DNA of 64,000 nucleotides from Spirochaetia bacterium (GTDB lineage Bacteria > Spirochaetota > Spirochaetia > UBA9216). Positions 60,869 to 64,000 of this stretch are shown here, piece after piece; the first letter of the stretch is position 1, and each line of letters opens with the position of its first letter. The position numbers and the translations under genes are program-made. Under the pieces are notes generated by a model. That model saw nothing but the letters and a program-made list of their open reading frames with translations, was not told where the DNA came from and made no database searches. The DNA is taken from positions 384,001-448,000 of the forward strand of contig CAXXYH010000004.1 of assembly GCA_963677925.2 (NCBI GenBank). The letters run 5' to 3'.

Positions 60869-63853
60869 TCAGCTGAAGCTTTTCCAGGACTTTTCGATAT
60901 CGGCAAGTCCGGCTTTCAGACAGCAGCTGTCATTCATGCTGATTACAAGTTCAGATCCGTCATTAACACTGCCGATTTCAGCGAAGGCTGTTCCGCTCAT
61001 TTCTTCTTCAAAAGCTGGCACATCCGTCTCAGCGACTGTCACAACGAACCTTGAAGGGGTTTCACTGAACATCAGAACCGATGAGGAATATCCAGCCGAA
61101 TCAGCCGGAATTTTGTCGAGGCTGATTTCAGCACCGAGTCTTCCGCCAAGGGCGCATTCAGCAACGGCGCATGCAAGGCCTCCGTCTGAAAGGTCATGGC
61201 ATGATGTGACAAGAGTTTTCTGCATTGCAGAGTGGATCTTTCTGTATAGCGCTATTGCTTCATCAGTTTTTACAGCAGGGCAGGCACCAAGTTCAGAGCC
61301 TTCAAGCTTTTCAAAAAAGCTGCCGCCGAGTTCTCCGCGGGTTTCGCCGAGTATGTAGATTTTATCTCCGGCTTTTTTGAAGTCGGATGTCATTGCTTTC
61401 TTAGAATCCTCAATAATTCCCATCTGGGATATTAGCAGAGTAGGCCGTACCGGAATCTTCTTTCCTCCAAGCTTGGATTCGTTTTTCATTGAGTCCTTAC
61501 CCGAAATCAGGGGCATTCCATAGGCTGTACATGCGTCTCTGAGGCCTTTACAGGCGCGTACAAGCTGTGCCATCCGGTATTTACCTTCGGGGTTTTCAGT
61601 ACTTTCCACCGGGTCAGGCCAGCAGAAGTTGTCCAGTGCTGATGTTTTTTCCGGATTTCCTCCTAGGGCTATATGAGCACGGTAGGCTTCATCAACACCG
61701 CACATGGCCATGTCATAGGCATCGGCGTCACCGTATCGGGGACAGACACCATGAGTTACTGTTACACCTCGGTCGGTTCCGGGAACCGGTTTGAGTACTG
61801 CGCCGTCAGACGGAGCATCCGCTTCTTTTCCGATAAAGGGTTTGATTACAGACTGGGCAAGAACCTCATGATCGTACTGTCTAATCAGTCCTTCCTTGGA
61901 GGCAATATTCGGTTCTGCCAGCAGTTTAAGCAGCATTTCAGAATTTCCGCTGCAGTCATAGCTGCCCGCTGGTGCTTTTTTAACGAGTTCTCTTTCTGGA
62001 ACCCATTCAGCATTTAGAACCATCACAGGGAGGCCCTTGTGGAGGAATTCCATTTCAAGCATTCCTACGGTTTTTCCGCTGTATTTCAGATCGATATAAC
62101 CGCTGTCGGTAAATGTACCGATTGCAGTTGCTTCGACTCCGCGGGATTCAGCGAGGCTGATAAACTCTTCAAGTGTATCCTCTGAAATTGCAAGACTCAT
62201 CCTCTCCTGGCTTTCGGACACCAGGATTTCCCAGGGCGCCAGGCCTTCATATTTAAGCGGACAGTCATCAAGATTGATGATGATTCCGTTGCTGTATTCC
62301 GCCATTTCACCAAGTGAGGAAGAAAGGCCGCCGGCTCCGTTATCGGTAAGTCCCTTGTACAGACCCTTGTCTCTGGCCTCAATCAGGAAGTCGCTCATTT
62401 TTTTCTGGGTAATCGGGTCTCCGATCTGTACCGCAGAAGTGGGTGATTCTTCATCAAGGGCGAGTGATGAGAATGTCGCACCGTGGATGCCGTCTTTTCC
62501 GATTCTTCCCCCGAGCATCACTGCTGTATCGCCCGGGTTAATATGCTTAATCCATGAGCCTTCGCCGTCAATTTCTGCGGGAAGAATTCCGCCGGTACCG
62601 CAGAATACAAGGGGCTTTCCGGTGTAGCTGTCGTCGAAGAGAAATCCGCCGCCGACTACAGGAATACCTGACTGGTTTCCGCCGTCAACAATTCCCCTAT
62701 GAACACCTTCCATTATCTGGCGAGGGTGAAGCAGGCCTTTGGGAATCTCGCTTTCAGGAGCATTTACTTCTCCAAAGCAGAGGTAGTTGGTATTAAATAT
62801 CGGTCTCGCGCCCTTACCTGTTCCCAGAATATCACGGTTAACACCTACAATTCCGGTTATTGCTCCGCCGTAGGGATCGAGGGCTGAGGGTGAGTTATGT
62901 GTTTCAACCTTGAAACAAATCAGGTTGTCGTCATCGAATACTATAACGCCTGAGTTGTCATGAAAAACGGATCGCAGGTAGTCTTTAACTTCTGAAACCT
63001 CGTCGGTTGTTTTTTTAACATATTCCTTAAAAAGTGAGCTGATTCTCTCATTTTTACCGGTTGTCTTATCGTAGTACTCAACATCGGCATTAAGAATTTT
63101 ATGTTTACAGTGTTCAGACCAGGTCTGTGCAATCATCTCAATTTCTACATCGGTCGGTCCTGCCGGAAGACCTTCCGTTTCCCTGATTGCCCGGATGTCT
63201 GCACGGTTATAATAACCCTTAACAGCATTCATCTCATCTGCGGTAAGAGCAAGCAGTCTTTCCTTTGAAAAGGCAATAAGCTGTTCATCGGTCATTTCAG
63301 AAAGATCGAAATCCAGAATTTCAACAGGACTTGGAGAAATAGAGGCAGGATAAACTGCTGGAAAGCGCTTTCCGCTTTTCCACTCTTCTGATGAGATCAT
63401 TACAGCCTGTTCAATAAGGGGGTTATAAAGATGCTTCTTGAGGTTTTCAAGCTGATCTTCGGAAAGACTCCCGCTCTTAATAATCAGCTGCCTGGCTGTC
63501 TGTATCACTGCTTCAAGTGAGATCTTTACTCCCAGTTCTGCAGAAAGGGCGCTTCTTGCTGTTATTGCGGTGGGGTTTGTGACTCCTGTTTTATAGGAAA
63601 TCTCGATTATGTAATCCCATTCATCAGCTTTGAGCGTCCCTGCATAGGGGCTTCCTGTATAAACTGTCTGTGCAACCGGATCTGAAAAGACGGAAGCGGC
63701 CGCCTCTTCAGTCAGCGTATCCAGTTCGGCAATATAGATATCCGCGATTGTTATTTTATCGATTGATGCGGAAACAGATTTTCTGAGACTCCCGGCAAGC
63801 CTTAATGCTCGTCCGTCCAGTCCCGGGTCTTTAAACACTACTTCTGTTCTCAT
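60869..63853 (-). CDS. purL: FGAM synthase synthetase subunit with PurS-like N-terminal extension
   Basis: WSEHCKH, KVETHNSPS, DNGAGG, SESQERM, SGKDSM, HDLSDGG. Confidence 0.95.
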   Translation of the reverse strand: MRTEVVFKDPGLDGRALRLAGSLRKSVSASIDKITIADIYIAELDTLTEEAAASVFSDPVAQTVYTGSPYAGTLKADEWDYIIEISYKTGVTNPTAITARSALSAELGVKISLEAVIQTARQLIIKSGSLSEDQLENLKKHLYNPLIEQAVMISSEEWKSGKRFPAVYPASISPSPVEILDFDLSEMTDEQLIAFSKERLLALTADEMNAVKGYYNRADIRAIRETEGLPAGPTDVEIEMIAQTWSEHCKHKILNADVEYYDKTTGKNERISSLFKEYVKKTTDEVSEVKDYLRSVFHDNSGVIVFDDDNLICFKVETHNSPSALDPYGGAITGIVGVNRDILGTGKGARPIFNTNYLCFGEVNAPESEIPKGLLHPRQIMEGVHRGIVDGGNQSGIPVVGGGFLFDDSYTGKPLVFCGTGGILPAEIDGEGSWIKHINPGDTAVMLGGRIGKDGIHGATFSSLALDEESPTSAVQIGDPITQKKMSDFLIEARDKGLYKGLTDNGAGGLSSSLGEMAEYSNGIIINLDDCPLKYEGLAPWEILVSESQERMSLAISEDTLEEFISLAESRGVEATAIGTFTDSGYIDLKYSGKTVGMLEMEFLHKGLPVMVLNAEWVPERELVKKAPAGSYDCSGNSEMLLKLLAEPNIASKEGLIRQYDHEVLAQSVIKPFIGKEADAPSDGAVLKPVPGTDRGVTVTHGVCPRYGDADAYDMAMCGVDEAYRAHIALGGNPEKTSALDNFCWPDPVESTENPEGKYRMAQLVRACKGLRDACTAYGMPLISGKDSMKNESKLGGKKIPVRPTLLISQMGIIEDSKKAMTSDFKKAGDKIYILGETRGELGGSFFEKLEGSELGACPAVKTDEAIALYRKIHSAMQKTLVTSCHDLSDGGLACAVAECALGGRLGAEISLDKIPADSAGYSSSVLMFSETPSRFVVTVAETDVPAFEEEMSGTAFAEIGSVNDGSELVISMNDSCCLKAGLADIEKSWKSFS

Positions 63854-63864
63854 AATTTATGCAA

Positions 63865-63893
63865 ATCGTACAGTAAAATATGCATATTTTCAA
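63865..63893 (-). promoter_or_regulatory. purLQ promoter with 16-bp palindrome in the spacer
   Basis: TTGAAA (63893-63888), N17, TACGAT (63870-63865); AAAATATGCATATTTT at 63875-63890. Confidence 0.65.
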
Positions 63894-64000
63894 TGCAGGA
63901 ACTTTGTTTACAGCATTTAAAGATTGGAATAATCTTGAGTAAAATCCCTGTTTAACGGCTTGTCTAACGAAGGCTTTTTGAGTAATGTTGATCGAGTGGT

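Noticed and set aside
60750-61358. 202-aa antisense ORF over purL/purQ (and similar Ser/Ile-rich antisense ORFs throughout)
   Set aside because: Composition typical of reverse-complement codon bias.

Overview
This is the replication-origin region of a bacterial chromosome, most likely a free-living spirochaete (Spirochaetota). The evidence is a 51-aa L34 ending DEKKPY, tRNA-Arg(GCG), gyrBA divergent from dnaA-dnaN-recF-dciA-rpmH-rnpA-yidD-yidC-jag, and a putative outer-sheath beta-barrel protein. Gene strand bias flips at about 24.4-26.5 kb. The window holds about 55 CDS, mostly housekeeping: aspS-gatCAB, dnaX-ybaB-recR, parAB, ahcY-metK, feoAB, deoD, gpmI, pepD, fprA and purLQ. It also has five tRNAs (all four Ser isoacceptors plus Arg-GCG), the SRP RNA, a perfect parS, a bipartite oriC with a DnaA-trio-like array, and a HEPN/MNT toxin-antitoxin pair with a GxxExxY gene at the left edge. 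No CRISPR array, rRNA, transposase or prophage was seen. Best leads: (1) an AraC-GyrI gene whose linker carries three 21-bp-phased operator-like repeats, a -10 box, an SD and an in-frame ATG, suggesting a self-activated nested effector gene; (2) an orphan cluster of four helically phased DnaA boxes about 9 kb from oriC; (3) a structured metK leader with a decoy-SD/anti-SD/SD arrangement; (4) many apparently leaderless housekeeping genes. All calls come from reading motifs by eye; no database searches were run.
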